From Chiloscyllium plagiosum (taxonomy: Eukaryota), in contig NC_057718.1 of assembly GCF_004010195.1 (NCBI RefSeq), positions 21,247,612-21,311,611 of the forward strand: a DNA stretch of 64,000 bases, written 5' to 3'. A model generated the notes under the pieces. The model saw only the letters and a list, made by a program, of their open reading frames with translations. It ran no database searches and was not told where the DNA came from. Every line of letters starts with the position of its first letter. Positions within the stretch are counted from its first letter, which is position 1. Positions 63,046-64,000 of this stretch are shown here, in pieces. A program made the translations under genes and the position numbers.

Positions 63046-64000
63046 TTGTTTAGATGCCCAATGTATTATAAATGATATGAAAATATAGTTTTTTTTAAGA
63101 AAAAAAACTTTTGAATCTATGGATAAATAAAGTTCTATTACATGACAAATACAACATTGCAGACTCATTTTTTCAGTTCATTAAAAGATCCCTCATAGCT
63201 CACTCAGTTTTAACAATGAGCTGAATCAAAAAGGAGTCAACCTCAATCACACTTCAGGTGAGTTAATACATGTTTAGGGAATGAGGAAAAGATACTCAGA
63301 GGTCCCAATGATTCCATAAAACACAAAATACGATGTTTCAATCAAACTTTCAAGTATACTGAATCACTTCACCAAAACGAATATATATAATAATTGTATT
63401 TTCCCAGTATTCCTTAATACTTGTTGCCAACCTTAGCATTGGTAGTATTCTCTTGCCAAATACTACTTGCAATGACGATGACAGCACCCCATTGCATGGC
63501 AGCAGAATGCATTAAAAAGCTCTCATGAATGCAATTACACAAGCAATAACTGTCCACACCAACAATTAGAGGATTAAATCATTCTTCATACAAAATTAAA
63601 ATACCTCGCTGTATAGCTAATATAAAAAACTGAAGGAGGGATAAAAGGTATATACAACAATTTACTAAAACGAGCATGTACATCACCAACTAATAAGATT
63701 TTTAAATCAGTTGTCAGCCCAAACATTCCTATTAAACAACTGTTACAATCCCAGACAAGACCATCAAATGGAAGTTATGACCTAGTTTTTTTGTTTACTG
63801 TAGACAAAGCCTGAGACTCATTACTTACAAAATAAACTTTACTATATTAAAAAGTTAATAAAGTTAAACAACCTACATTGTATTTACACAACTTAAGCTC
63901 AAACATTCAGAGAATTAATGAAGTAAATTGTCGGGTAAACAAAGTGGTCAAAAATCCTACAAGGCACACCAAATAGCAAATGCTGTTTAAGACAGATCCC

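Noticed and set aside
1..64000. CRISPR-like or prokaryotic operon structures
   Set aside because: There is no regularly spaced repeat-spacer array and no gene-dense region. The content is vertebrate retroelements.

Overview
This is a eukaryotic, AT-rich, repeat-dense window. The V-SINE/HE1-type SINEs, CR1 LINEs and Penelope-like elements (PLEs) point to a cartilaginous fish such as a shark (inference). Most of it looks like intron of a large minus-strand protein-coding gene that I cannot name. Two plausible coding exons lie at 42119-42274 and 13395-13581, with a weaker candidate last exon at 4627-4684. Nearly all long ORFs in the track come from transposons or run across N-gaps. The most striking structure is a set of four or five distinct PLE families that share three traits. 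They carry minimal hammerhead-ribozyme motifs (CUGANGA-stem II-GAAA with a 4-nt palindromic stem III). They often sit as head-to-head inverted insertions, from about 130 bp to 1.7 kb, inside 7-17 bp target-site duplications (TSDs). They use two fixed 3' end points, so one arm carries an extra tail of about 35-45 nt. Also present are CR1, RTE and L2 fragments, two SINE families that share tails with LINEs, a Deu-domain SINE relic, a clean solo LTR with a 4-bp TSD, TA-flanked Tigger/pogo-like MITEs and two assembly gaps, both inside the same PLE family. I found no CRISPR array, rRNA or true tRNA gene.
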